Source: Thecamonas trahens ATCC 50062 | Taxonomy: Eukaryota > Protista > Apusomonadida | DNA length: 64,000 nucleotides | Reading direction: 5' to 3' | Assembly: GCF_000142905.1 (NCBI RefSeq) | Contig: NW_013657679.1 | Location: 374,657-438,656, forward strand | Shown: positions 32,490 to 43,161 of the stretch, piece by piece | Layout: each line of letters opens with the position of its first letter | How positions within the stretch are numbered: the stretch's first letter is position 1 | The notes under the pieces: model-generated | What the model saw: only the letters and a program-made list of their open reading frames with translations | The model's database searches: none | Told to the model about the DNA's origin: nothing | Translations under genes and position numbers: made by a program

Positions 32490-33820
32490 ATGGAGTTCTC
32501 CGTGGTGACGGCTGTTGCCCACGCGGGCAGGAGGAAGTCAAAGAGAGAAGGTACAGGGGCATATTCTCTTCCCCCCTCGCTCGGCTCACGGTTTGTGTCG
32601 CGAGTGAGCATCGGCAGCGTGGGGTGCGAGTTGCTGGTGTCGTCGCACGGGCGCGAGCTGCAGTGTGTGGTGGGCGAGCTGCCTGACGAGGTGATTTCAA
32701 GCAACTCGTCGTACGTTGCAGATGTGGTGGTCGAGGTGACGCGGTTGCATGGCGGGATCGAGACTGCCACAATGGGCAACTTTACAGTGGTCAACATTTG
32801 GGCTCTCAAGGCAAGCTCGCCGAGTCCGGCGCCGAACCGCGGGTCTGCGGTCAACGATAACGTACTGCCTACGTCTGGGGCGGCATCGACGGGCGCGATT
32901 GCGATGTACATGCTTGGTGCTGCGGCGGTGTGGATGCTGATGATTGGCGTCCGGCAGCGGCGCAAGAACCTGAGCAAGTACCGGCGCGAGCCGGACAAGT
33001 GGCTCGGACTTGGGTTGGACCAGTATGTGCTGCGGAACCACATGGTGTTTGGCATTGTGGTGAGCGGAAAGGATGATGTGTTTGGGCGTGTGGCGCGGGT
33101 CATCAACCTCAGCCTCCATCTCGCGATGATGTTCCTGGTCACCGCGTGCCTGCAGATGCTCAAGCCCGAGTCGTTTGCGTCAGAATCTGAAGCTGTCTCG
33201 CTGGAGCGGCTGCTGGACATGGTGTTCATCAACGTGGTTACGCTGCTCATGTCTATTGTGCTCGGAGTGCCGATGGTGCGGTGGGCGCTGAAGCGTGGGC
33301 AGAGCGCAATTGCTGTGGCGCTCAACGCGGCGCTGGCTGCTCTTGGGGTGATTGTGGTCACGCTTCCACTGTATGTGCCCGGCTTTGAGCTCAATCTTGG
33401 AGCGCTGGGTTTGTGCTGGGCCTTGGTCTGGCAACTTCTTGGCTGCTGATGGATCCGATCAAGGTCATTGCGATGTACGTGGTCCTTGGATACCGGGCCA
33501 TCGAGGTGAGGCGCGGCGGCAACGGCGGGTCGACGGCGCTGGCCGCCGTGGCGCCAGGCGCCTATGTGGCGGACAAGGCGACAAAACCGTTGCCCGGGTC
33601 TTCAGGCTCCGTATCGGGCTCGGGCTCGTCGACGGCGTCTACGAATGTCCACGGCGACGAAGAGGCCGGCACCGTTGGTGGCCCGAGTGAAGGAAGCGAC
33701 GACAAGCCTGGCAAGGAGGAGTCTGGTGAGTTTAGCTGCGGATCGAGCAGCAAGGAGGAGGCGCGGCGGAAGCCGCGGCGCGGGTCAGCGCCTCGTCTGG
33801 AGGGCCGGCGGAAGAAGTAA
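32490..33820 (+). CDS. Multi-pass membrane protein resembling the polycystin-1-family transmembrane region; apparent -1 frameshift near 33410
   Basis: About 5-6 hydrophobic segments; HMVFGI..DDVFGRVARV resembles the PKD1 H-W-S..FTR-QR motif; SWLLMDPIKV resembles the PKD1 EP-K-V motif; start uncertain. Confidence 0.5.
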
Positions 33821-33831
33821 ACGAGAAGGAG

Positions 33832-35384
33832 CTACTTTGTGACCGGCGGTGAGTCGAGGAACCATTCGGCCATCATGCAGCGAGCAGAGCCGCCGCCGTA
33901 GCGCTCGATGGTGGGGATGGCGACCGGGACGAGTGCCGAGCAGTGAGCGCTGAGGCGGGAGAGAGTGTGGGCATCGAGGGAAGCGTGAGCGGTGGTGGAG
34001 AGGACGATGACCGAGCCGGTAGCAGTGGCGAGGTGGAGGATGTTGCCGGCAAAGTGCTCCATCTGAGCGTGTGAGATGGGGATGATTTCCTTGCCTGACT
34101 CGGCGAGCGAGACACAGACGGCGCGGAGATGTGCAGGGTCCGGAATGGCGTCAAGACAGATGACGGCAAATGAGGCACCGACGGACATGAGGACGTTGGT
34201 GTGGTAGATGGGGGCGTTGTTTGCGGCGTCGCGGGCGTCAAAGGCAACAACCGAGTCGTAACCGTTTGCAGAGGCCCAGATGTTGAGCGTGTCTGGATGG
34301 GTCCGCGACGAGGTGCAGGCGTAGACGATGCGGTTTGCGCGGTCGAGGACCATGGAGCCTGTGCCCTCGAGGACGGTGTCGGCGGCGTCCAGCTGGGGAC
34401 GGAGGTCGAGGATGCGGGCTGAGGGCGGGAAGAAGTCCATGCGAACTTCTTTGCGGCGATGGGCCGACTCCATGGGGTAGATGACGACCTGCGGGGCGTC
34501 ATCGTCGGCGAGCGGGGCGTGGGTGGAGAACCAGTTGTTGGGAAAGACGGCGTCCGGGGTGTGCGGCTCGGGCGAGTCGGCCACAACATGGACAGTGACA
34601 CCCGCGGCGACGAGGGCGGCAACCATGGCGTCAAACTCGGCCTTGGCGTCTGCGGCGACGGCGGCGACGGCGGTGTCGTCGAGGCCGTCCATGGAGGCCT
34701 GGAAGACGTTTGAGGCGGCGGTCTCTGGGTTTGCAGCAAAAGCGGCCGGGCGGACCATGGTGACTGTGGAGGCGAGGGCGGCGGGGGAGGACGTGCTCTC
34801 AAAGAGCTCCGGGTTGACGAGCGGGACGAGGGCGAGCTTGAGGGCGTGCTCGTAGTAGGCGGTGCGATCGATGAGGCCGTGGGTAAGCAGGCCGACGGCG
34901 CCATCGGATTGCTTCGAGTCGTAGCGGCCAAAGCGATGTCATCTGCGGTACCGAGCTCGATGCCTGCGCGAACAAGATTGGCGACGGTGTGCGGAAGTTG
35001 GAACGAGGCGGTGCGGGCCTCGCCGGAGCGGCGCGGGGCGGCGGCGGTGGCGTCCCACTCGACGACGACCATCCACGCATAGCACTCCATGAGCTCGCCG
35101 GTGGTGGCAATGCCACCCTCGAGGCCGACACCGTAGAGCACGGCATCATCTGCGCCTCCAGGAAGGTCGTGAGCAGCGGCGGCGGCAGCAGCAGCAGCGA
35201 TGGCACGGTTGCGGGCGCCGGTCAGGGTAGTTTCGTCGTCGAGCGGCTGGTCGGGCACGCCCGAGGGGACGGGAAAGGCGGCGACGGTGGGCGATGCTGC
35301 GGGAAAGGAGGCGGCAAAGGCAGCAGAGACTGCAGCTACCTTGACTGGGTTTCCCGAGCCGACTGCGACGAGGGTGGGCGGCAT
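33832..35384 (-). CDS. Fusion of YjjX-type non-canonical ITP/XTPase (DUF84) and CtlX/DDAH-type amidinotransferase; apparent -1 frameshift near 34931
   Basis: YjjX: GSGNPVK, SGVPDQP, GARNRA, GLEGG, GAVGLLT..IDR..YY. Amidinotransferase: MVRPAAF, PDAVFPNNWFS, LEGTGSMVLDR, YHTNVLM, GGGSARCM. The YjjX C-terminal part is in frame with the second domain with no stop. Confidence 0.85.
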
Positions 35385-35604
35385 AGTGCGTGTGGGGAGT
35401 GGGGTGGGGGGTTGGGGGGGGGAGAGGGGAGTTGGGTGTGGCGTGGTGATGCGTCACAGCGTGCGGCAAGAGACGGGCAGAGGGCACAAGATGGGGATGA
35501 CGACATGTGATGGGGCTGTGTGTGTGTGTGTGCTGCTGCGTGTGCGTATGTGTGCGAGGGGGGTTGCTCCTGGGCGCGTTCAATGAGGCACACCACGTAG
35601 GGGC

Positions 35605-36363
35605 TTAGTCGAAGAGGCCAAAGCCCATGTCCGACTCCGAGTCCGACTCCTCCGGGGCAGCCTCCGGGGCAGCCTCGGCAGCGGCCGGGGCGTCACCAGC
35701 GGCGGCAGCCGGGGCGGCGGTGGGGGAGGCCGAGGCGAGGCCGGCAATGAGCTCACCGACGTTGAGCGAGGCAACGTGCTTGGCGAACAGGTTCGGCCAG
35801 AACGGCTGGACGGCGACACCTGCAGTAGCAACAACAAAGATACGGGGAAGGAGGCCAGAGTGCGTGAGTGGGTATGCGATACAGAGCGAGGGAGGGGAGG
35901 GAACGTGCGGCATGGAGGGGGGTATGTAAGGAGGGGGGGGGGGAGGGGGGGGAGGGGAGGGGGGGGTTTGTCAGACAAAGATGCGGGAAAATACGTACCA
36001 GCGGCGTCGAGGACGGACTGGATGTTGTCACCCTGTGAACGAGAAGAGAGAGAGGGGAGGCAGGAGGGTATGTGATGAGATGGTGAGTAGTAGGTTAGTA
36101 TGTCTGTGAGCGTGTGTGTGGGTGACTGTGGGTGGTTGTGGAACAGGATGGAAGTGTCTGTGGACAATCATACAAATGTCATCCCCAGAGCAGACGGAGG
36201 AGTGCAAGGACGGGATGGAGAGGGGGATGGGGATGGAGGGGAGGGAGAGGAGAAGAAAGAATAGAGGTGGTCGTGAGAGGGACAGAAGGCGTACGGTGAT
36301 CTCCATGCCGGAGTCGTGGAGGATGAGGGTAGCGTAGGTGCAGGCGAGCTCGTTGTTGGACAT
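35605..36363 (-). CDS. RPLP1: 60S acidic ribosomal protein P1; exons 36363-36295, 36032-35999, 35819-35605
   Basis: ELACTYATLILHD, VQPFWPNLFAK, C-terminal ESDSDMGFGLFD; two GTACG..AG introns restore the frame. Confidence 0.96.
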
Positions 36364-36960
36364 TCTGATTAACTATTTAAGCGCAAGGCAGTCAGGTCAG
36401 TTGCTCTGCCGCCTTTCCACGACCGACGGCTGTCGTGCCGAGGTGACTGGCCGACAGCTTGCCACCACGAAACGAATCAAGTCGCTCATTCGAATGAGTG
36501 GCAAGTGAGGGGGTCTGGCGAGGGGTCTGAGGAGGGGAAGGGCGGGGGGGGGGGGGGGGGGGGGGAAGGTATCGGCTAGCTACTTTATGGGCCTAGGAAG
36601 GGACATAGGTAAGGATCATACTTGGGAGCATGATTATGGGACTGGGCGTGCTGATGAGCGTACAGATGGGCTTGCCATGGATGGCACAGGCTGGGATGGT
36701 GCTGGAACTGTCATCTGGCTGTTCGACTTTCTCCTTCCTCCAACTGGGATCTGGAGCAGACGCTGAGCTCGCTCGAGACCCATATGCGGTCACTAGCGGC
36801 AGCATCCGAGGCTGCGGCGGCTTCTGGTGCAGCTAAGTTGTCTGTGTAGTGGGTCCTGGCTCTTATCAGTAAACGAGTGCCGGCTCATTGGCGTGCTGCC
36901 TTGCCTGCCTTGCTGCCGTTCCGGCCGCCAACGGCGTTGGCGAACACCGCACTCTGCGCG

Positions 36961-37010
36961 ACGGAGCCGAACGGAGCCGAACGGAGCCGAACGGAGCGGA
37001 ACGGAGCAGC
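36961..37010 (+). repeat. 10-bp tandem repeat (ACGGAGCCGA) x5 upstream of the SLC45-like gene
   Basis: Read directly. Confidence 0.9.
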
Positions 37011-37040
37011 GGTGGAAGAGCGGCGACCTACCCTAAAGGG

Positions 37041-38816
37041 ATGGAGGGAGAGAGCAGCAGACATAGAGAGGCAGATGTCGGTGTGGACGGGAGTGGAGAG
37101 AGCCATGACAGTGTCGGCAGGCGCTGGGAGCGTGGCGTAGAGGCGACAGGCGAGGCGCGGCTGGCCGGGTGGCGGGTGGCGTGCGTGGCGGCGGCGCTGT
37201 GTGGGGCGCAGGTCTGCTGGTCGATCCAGATCGGCATCTCGACCAAGACCTTTCTGGAGCTGGGCATGCCTGCTTCGCTGGTGTCTGCAGCATGGCTGGC
37301 CGGCCCGTTGTCCGGTACCGTTGTCCAGCCGATTGTGGGTGTGCTGTCGGACAGGTGCACGGCGAGGCTCGGCCGCCGCCGGCCGTTCATGCTCGCTGCT
37401 CTCGGTGTCACCCTCTTTGCCATGGCGCTGTTTGCGGCGGCGGCCCCGCTTGGCGCGGCGTTGGCTGGCGAGCCGATCCACGCGTGCGCGGTCGAGTTCA
37501 TCCCACAAATCAACGGATCGAGTACCGAGGGCACTCGCCCTGTGAGCAGCCGGTGCCCGATGGCGCTCTCGCTTGCGGTGACTGGCTTTTGGTTGCAGGA
37601 TTTTGCGGTCAACGCGTTCCAGGGCCCGACACGAACACTGATGACCGATCTCATTCCGCCGTCACAGCAAGCGACGGCCAACGCGTGGTTCGGATTCATG
37701 GCCGGCCTCGGTAACGCGCTCGGCGCTGCGCTGGCGGCGGCAGACATTGTGGCGATCTTTCCTTTCTTCGGCAACAACCTTCGCGCCCTCTACGCAGTAG
37801 CCGGCGCGTTGGTCTTTTGCTGCGTCATCCTTGCGTCGGCGACTGCTCATGAGGTTCCGCTCACACTTGCGATGCGCGAGCGCGACAAGCTAAGACGGCG
37901 CGCACGGCGCGGAGTACCGAGCCGGGTAGGTGCGGGCGTGCTTGATCCCGCGGACGACGTGGCGGCCGTGGTGCAGCCTGAACGCGGCTTCTCGCTCCGG
38001 ACGCGAATGGCCGAGGCGTGGCGGGCTTGGCAAGGCGCCAGCGCGCCACTCCGGCACGCTTTCTACGTCCAGTGCTTCACCTGGATCGCCTGGTTCACCA
38101 CCTTTATCTACGCCACGTCGTGGATGGGCGAGCGGGTGTTTGGTGGCTCACCGTCGGCACCTGAAGGCAGCGCGGGACGGGAGCGGTATGATGAGGGAGT
38201 GCGGCGTGGCAACCTTGCACTGGCGCTGCAGGCGATCTTTGCACTGGCGGCCACGACGCCGACACCGTACACGGCTGCGTTCCTGCCGTGGCTCATGGCT
38301 GCGACGTCAACCAAGGCGGTGTACATTTCGTCGCAGGCAGTCATGGCGGTGTGCCTGTTTGGCACGCTGGGCGTGACCGTGGCAGCCGACGCGGTCGGCG
38401 CCACGGCGGCGGTGCAGGCAGGCGGCATGGCGTGCCTCATCCTACTCGGCTGGTGCTGGGCGGTGACCATGACGATTCCTTGGGCGATTGCCGGCTCTGT
38501 CATCGACGCCATGCCAGACAAAGGGCTGCTGATGGCGATCATGAACGTGTCACAGGCTGCGCCCGAGATGGTGGCCGCGCTCGTCGGCTTTGTTATTCTC
38601 TCACTCCCACACGGGCTCAACCCATGGGGCTCGGCAATGGTGATGGCAGCAGGCGGAGTGTCTGCGGTGGCGTCGATCGGGGTCATTGTCGGGCTTGGCG
38701 TCGGCGACGATGTTGTAGTCGACGACGTCACCGCAGTGGCTGTGGCTGGGCGAGGCGACGACGAGCACGCTGAAAGCGCGAGGTCGGCGTCGGCGCCGCT
38801 GCTAGGGGGCGGGTAG
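37041..38816 (+). CDS. SLC45/SUT (GPH family) MFS sugar-proton symporter
   Basis: GAQVCWSIQ, WLAGPLSGTVVQPIVGVLSDRCTARLGRRRPF, FW..DFAVN..QGPTR.L..D, FTWIAWF, WMGERVFGG, YDEGVRRG. Confidence 0.92.
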   Translation: MEGESSRHREADVGVDGSGESHDSVGRRWERGVEATGEARLAGWRVACVAAALCGAQVCWSIQIGISTKTFLELGMPASLVSAAWLAGPLSGTVVQPIVGVLSDRCTARLGRRRPFMLAALGVTLFAMALFAAAAPLGAALAGEPIHACAVEFIPQINGSSTEGTRPVSSRCPMALSLAVTGFWLQDFAVNAFQGPTRTLMTDLIPPSQQATANAWFGFMAGLGNALGAALAAADIVAIFPFFGNNLRALYAVAGALVFCCVILASATAHEVPLTLAMRERDKLRRRARRGVPSRVGAGVLDPADDVAAVVQPERGFSLRTRMAEAWRAWQGASAPLRHAFYVQCFTWIAWFTTFIYATSWMGERVFGGSPSAPEGSAGRERYDEGVRRGNLALALQAIFALAATTPTPYTAAFLPWLMAATSTKAVYISSQAVMAVCLFGTLGVTVAADAVGATAAVQAGGMACLILLGWCWAVTMTIPWAIAGSVIDAMPDKGLLMAIMNVSQAAPEMVAALVGFVILSLPHGLNPWGSAMVMAAGGVSAVASIGVIVGLGVGDDVVVDDVTAVAVAGRGDDEHAESARSASAPLLGGG

Positions 38817-38834
38817 AGCCGAGCTGGGTTTAAG

Positions 38835-39615
38835 CTACCGCTCGACCGGCGACTGGATGGAGGCGTCGGCGCCGACCGAGGCAAAGTGCGAGTAGTGGGC
38901 GTACTCGGAATCGGTGCGGACGCGCTTGTAGGTCGGTTGAATGGCGTCACCTTTGGAAGCGAGCAGCGAGCCGTAGACGGCGGTGTACGAGGCAAACTGC
39001 GGCGAGTCGCCAGGCGCCGCCGTGGCGCGCCGAGTGTAGGCAATTATCAAGCCACACATGAGCAAGACAACAAGAGGGATGACAATGGCCGCCACCAGGC
39101 CGTCGTTGTGGTCGTCGTAAATCGGCGCCGGGACCAGTGTACAGCACTGGCTCGATGCGATAAGACTGTAGCCCGCCTTGCAGGCGACACACGGCTGCGA
39201 TGCATTGCACGCGGCACACGGACTGTCGCTGTCAAGCACGCACCGGCAGGTCCGTACCAGATCGCCGCCTGTCACCGCCAGCTCGAGCGGTGGCGGCTCG
39301 TTGGAGCAGTGCTCCTTCCCGGCGTCATCGACAAAGAACCAGCAACACCCGCCCACTCCTGCCGCACACGCCTCGGCGCCAGCCGCCCCACATCCGCCAT
39401 CAGGACAGCTACACTGAGCTGTCACCCATCACGTACACCATCCCCTCTCCCTTCCTCCGTCAGTCCTCTCCCCATCGTCGCCGCTCCAATCGTCGTCCGG
39501 TCTTAGTCGTGCACGTACTCTGCGGCCCGCACGCCAGGCTGTCTCCGGTCACCGGGGGCAGACACAGGGCGAGGCCGAGTACCAATGCCAGTGCGAGAGC
39601 CAGGCACCTCTGCAT
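38835..39615 (-). CDS. Small Cys-rich type-I membrane protein; exons 39615-39519 and 39418-38835
   Basis: Signal peptide MQRCLALALALVLGLALC; GTACGT..ACAG intron 39419-39518 joins CGPQ-T-QCSC; furin/EGF-like Cys spacing (CAACNASQPCVACKAGY); TM LVAAIVIPLVVLLMCGLIIAY. Confidence 0.72.
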
Positions 39616-40454
39616 GGCGGTGGCGTCCGTGGTTGGTGAGGGGGGGGGGTGGCAGTGGGTGGCAGTGGGTAGCTGTGGGTGGCTTGGAGACGAGCGACAA
39701 GTGTGTGGCAAGGCGCCGCCTGTTCGCCAGGTGATGGAGGTAGACAGTGCGGGGCAGATCCGCTCCAGCTCTGAGGCAGGTCGGACTGGGACCATGGACT
39801 CGTCTGTGGTTTAGTGATCAAGTGCGATGGTGATATCAAGTGCGATGGTGTAGATGTGCTGCTGCACTGCTATTGCTGTCGATGGAGATCTTGATGAGTG
39901 TAATACCGTCGCGGCGTTGTGGCGGGTTTGGGCACATGATGAGGAGGTGAAGATGCGGGTTCAGGATCCGGGGTCGAGGATCAAGGGGGGAGTCCGGGCT
40001 CAAACAGCTCATGTCGGATTGGATCAGAGGTAGGGAGGGGATGTATACTGTACTGTCGATGGGATGGAGTGAGTGTGTTCACAAGTGGAGGGACCAGATC
40101 ATGCTGGAGTTGATCACCAAAATGATGTCGTCCGTGCCTCAGAGGGCCACATGGCCATGCTGAGCAAGCGCAAACCAGAGTGACTACCGTTGGACGATGA
40201 ACAGGCATCCTACCCACGATAATGCACACCACCCCGTCACCTGAGTTAACTCTGCCATCGGTTGCGATTTAGTCCCAGTGGAGGTGTCTCGGGTGTGACC
40301 TCAGCACCGTGTCCCGGTGTCGGCAGCAGGCGACAGAAATGGGCGAATGTGGTAGAGGGGGGGGAAGCCGAGGACCGAGGGGGGGGGGGGGGGGGGGGGG
40401 GGGGGCACCCGTACACGACACTCTCTCTTGTGACGTGGGTCGGGTCACCCACCC

Positions 40455-42495
40455 ATGGCCGAATCACCGTATCCTGTCCCACAGCATACGCTCCAGCAAC
40501 CGCTGCTACCACCGGCGCATGGGTCTGGTCTCCCCCCTGCAGGGGCATCGGCACCGCCACCAGCTGCTGCCGGTGGTTCCCTCGGCGACTTTGCCATTCC
40601 CATCTCGCCTTCGTCGGAGAACCTGCTGGACCTGCTGGAGCGGGCGTCGGCCATGGCACAGATGACCGCTGCACCTGAGGAGTCAGAGCCCATGTGGTCG
40701 TTCTCGCATTCGTACGTGAGAAGGGGAGACACGGTGAGGAGCGGAGGGAGAGGGAGGGAAGGGGGAGGGGGGCGGGGGGGGGAGGGGGGGAAGGTGTGGT
40801 GTCGACGTGGCCGCCGAGTGAGTGGATAGTGACCGACTCTTGGGTGGGCGATGCGGTGGTATGGTGGGCGATACGGCGGGATAGTGGGGACTGATAGTGG
40901 TGGGATGTGCACTGCGTGGGGAAAACAGGGCCGGAGACTCGGATCAGGTCCAGCAGCGGTTCGAGAAGCAGTTCCTCTCCGAGTTTGCCTCACAGTACTC
41001 GGAGGACTGCTCGCACTACGAGCTCACGGATCCGCTGCCGTTTGTCAAGCACGGGATGCAGAATCTGCTGCAGGATGAGTTTACGCTTTGCTTTGACTCG
41101 GATCGGGCGCGGCCGTGGAACTGGAACGTCTACCTGTTTCCGATGTGGCTGCTCGGGCTGGTGGCGCGTTACCTCATTCTGTTCCCGCTCCGACTGCTTG
41201 GTGTGGTGCTGGGCTTTATGGTCTTCCTCACGCTCTTTACCGTGGCAACATGCCTGCCGACGGCGTCGATGCGCGCAGCCGGGCAGCGTCAGGCTATTCG
41301 CTGGCTCTCGTTTGTGTTTATGATGTCGTGGTCGGGAGTGATCATGTTCCACGGCTCGCGGCCGGCGCGGCGGGCGAACCAGATCTTTGTGGCGAACCAC
41401 ACGTCTGTCATTGACGTGGCGGTCCTGATGCAAGACGCGTACCTATACGCGCTTGTGGGGCAGGCACACACCGGGGTCCTTGGCCTCTTGCAGAACTACG
41501 TGCTCGGCTGCCTCGGGTGCATCTGGTTCGAGCGTTCGCAGGCAAAGGACCGGGCGGCGGTGGCGGCCACCATTTCCGAGTACATCCGCGACCCGACGGG
41601 CAACCCGCTGCTGCTGTTTCCGGAGGGCGTGTGCGTGAACAACAAGTTTGTGTGCATGTTCAAGAAGGGTGTGTTCTCGATGGAGGGCGTGGAGATCTGC
41701 CCAATTGCAGTGCGGTACAACAAGGCGCTGTCGGACCCGTTCTGGAACTCGCGGGCCGAGTCGTTTGTTTGGCACCTGCTGCGGCTGATGACGTCGTGGG
41801 CGGTGGTGGCGAACGTGACGTACCTGCCGCCGGTCCGGCGCAAGGCCAACGAGACGGCGGTCCAGTTCGCCAACTCGGTCAAGTCGTCGATTGCGCGTGC
41901 GGCCGGGCTCAAGGACACGCCATGGGACGGGTTCCTCAAGTACGTGTCGCCGTCGCCGCGGTTTGCCGAGCACCAGCGGCAGATCTACACCCGCTCGCTC
42001 CTGCTCCGCTTCCGGATCTCGCACGTCAAGCGGGCTGCGTCTGTGGCTAGGATGGCGTCGGGCGAGTCCTCGCCGGGATCGGGCCGGCTCCCCTCGCCGG
42101 ACCCGGCTCTCGGTGCGGCGCCCATCTTCCTTGGCTACCAGCGAGTGCCGTCGCCGACGCGGTCGCCCGGCCCGCCGCAGCGCCGGCGGGTTGGCTCGGA
42201 GCCGGATCCGCTCTCGTTCTCGCTCTCGGACGTCTCGGACTTTTCCGACGATGACAACAGCATGATGACGTCGGGGCACAGCATGGCGGTGTACGCCACG
42301 CCCGAGCTCGAGCCCCGGTACCTCGATCTTGCCTCGCAGTCGGCCTCTGCTGCGCCACTGCCTGTCGTGGCCATCTCGTCCGAGCTCGCCCACCGCAAGA
42401 CGAATGTCTCGCCGCCTCGCAAGTCGGCTTCAGGCAAGTCACAGCCGGACAAGCCGCAAGCAAGTGTGTCTGGTCCTGAGCTGGGGCCAACGTAA
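40455..42495 (+). CDS. Glycerol-3-phosphate acyltransferase GPAT3/4 (GPAT9-like); intron 40712-40928
   Basis: DEFTLCF, PWNWNVYLFPMW, VANHTSVID (HxxxxD), CIWFERS, LLFPEGVCVNN, FWNS, LMTSWAVV, WDGFLKY. Confidence 0.93.
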
Positions 42496-42561
42496 AATCA
42501 ACTTACTCTGGAAGAGTAGCGCGTTTAGGTGAGGGAGGATCGGCGGCGTGGCGGCCACCAT

Positions 42562-42996
42562 CTACAGCGATGCAAGGCCGTCGAGCTCGCCCGAGTGAAT
42601 GAGCGAGGTCCTCTCCGGGTGTGGCGAGTCTTCAGCAGGATGGGAGGCCTGTGCGTCTGCGTCGGATTGGACACGAGTCATGATGTCCGAGTGCAGCTTG
42701 CGGAGGTTCTGGCGGGCAACGACGAGGTGGTCTTCCTTGGCGCCGACGACCCACTCGGTCTTTCCACAACGGAGGCGGAGAAAGAGCAGCTCATCGTCCG
42801 GCTCGATGTCGCGGACCATGTTGCGAGCCAGATGCGAGAGGTCGTTCATGGCCTTGGCCACGGCGTTGGCTGCCCCTGCCGACGGCAGGCCCGAGGCATG
42901 CAACGGGAAGCCGTGCTCGTTGACGACCACCACCGCGTCCACCGACGCGTACCCCTCCTCCAGCCTCTGTAGCGGCGCCTCCACCTCGGCCTGCAT
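42562..42996 (-). CDS. Roadblock/LC7 dynein light chain-like protein
   Basis: AEVEAPLQRL, VVVNEHGFP, ARNMVRDIEPDDELLFLRLR match the DYNLRB pattern (VRDIDPQNDLTFLRIR); extended C-terminus. Confidence 0.85.
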   Translation of the reverse strand: MQAEVEAPLQRLEEGYASVDAVVVVNEHGFPLHASGLPSAGAANAVAKAMNDLSHLARNMVRDIEPDDELLFLRLRCGKTEWVVGAKEDHLVVARQNLRKLHSDIMTRVQSDADAQASHPAEDSPHPERTSLIHSGELDGLASL

Positions 42997-43161
42997 ACAA
43001 AAGTTGTATGGGTAAGTGTGGTTTGGGGGGGGGGGGGGAGGGGAGGGGGGAGAGGTGGTGAGCGGTGGTGAGTGGTGGCGGCATTGGTGGCTGTGGTGGT
43101 GGTGGTGCCAGGCAGGGTGGCGGGTGGCGGGCAGTGGAGCGGGAAGCAGCGGCTAGAGCAT

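Noticed and set aside
39810-40260. Lower-GC intergenic patch with a short direct repeat (ATCAAGTGCGATGGTG x2) as a transposon remnant
   Set aside because: No terminal repeats, target-site duplication or transposase/RT motifs visible
42562-42996. Roadblock protein as a Ragulator (LAMTOR2/3) subunit supporting a TORC1 cluster
   Set aside because: The VRDIEP..L.FLRLR motif matches dynein light chain roadblock better
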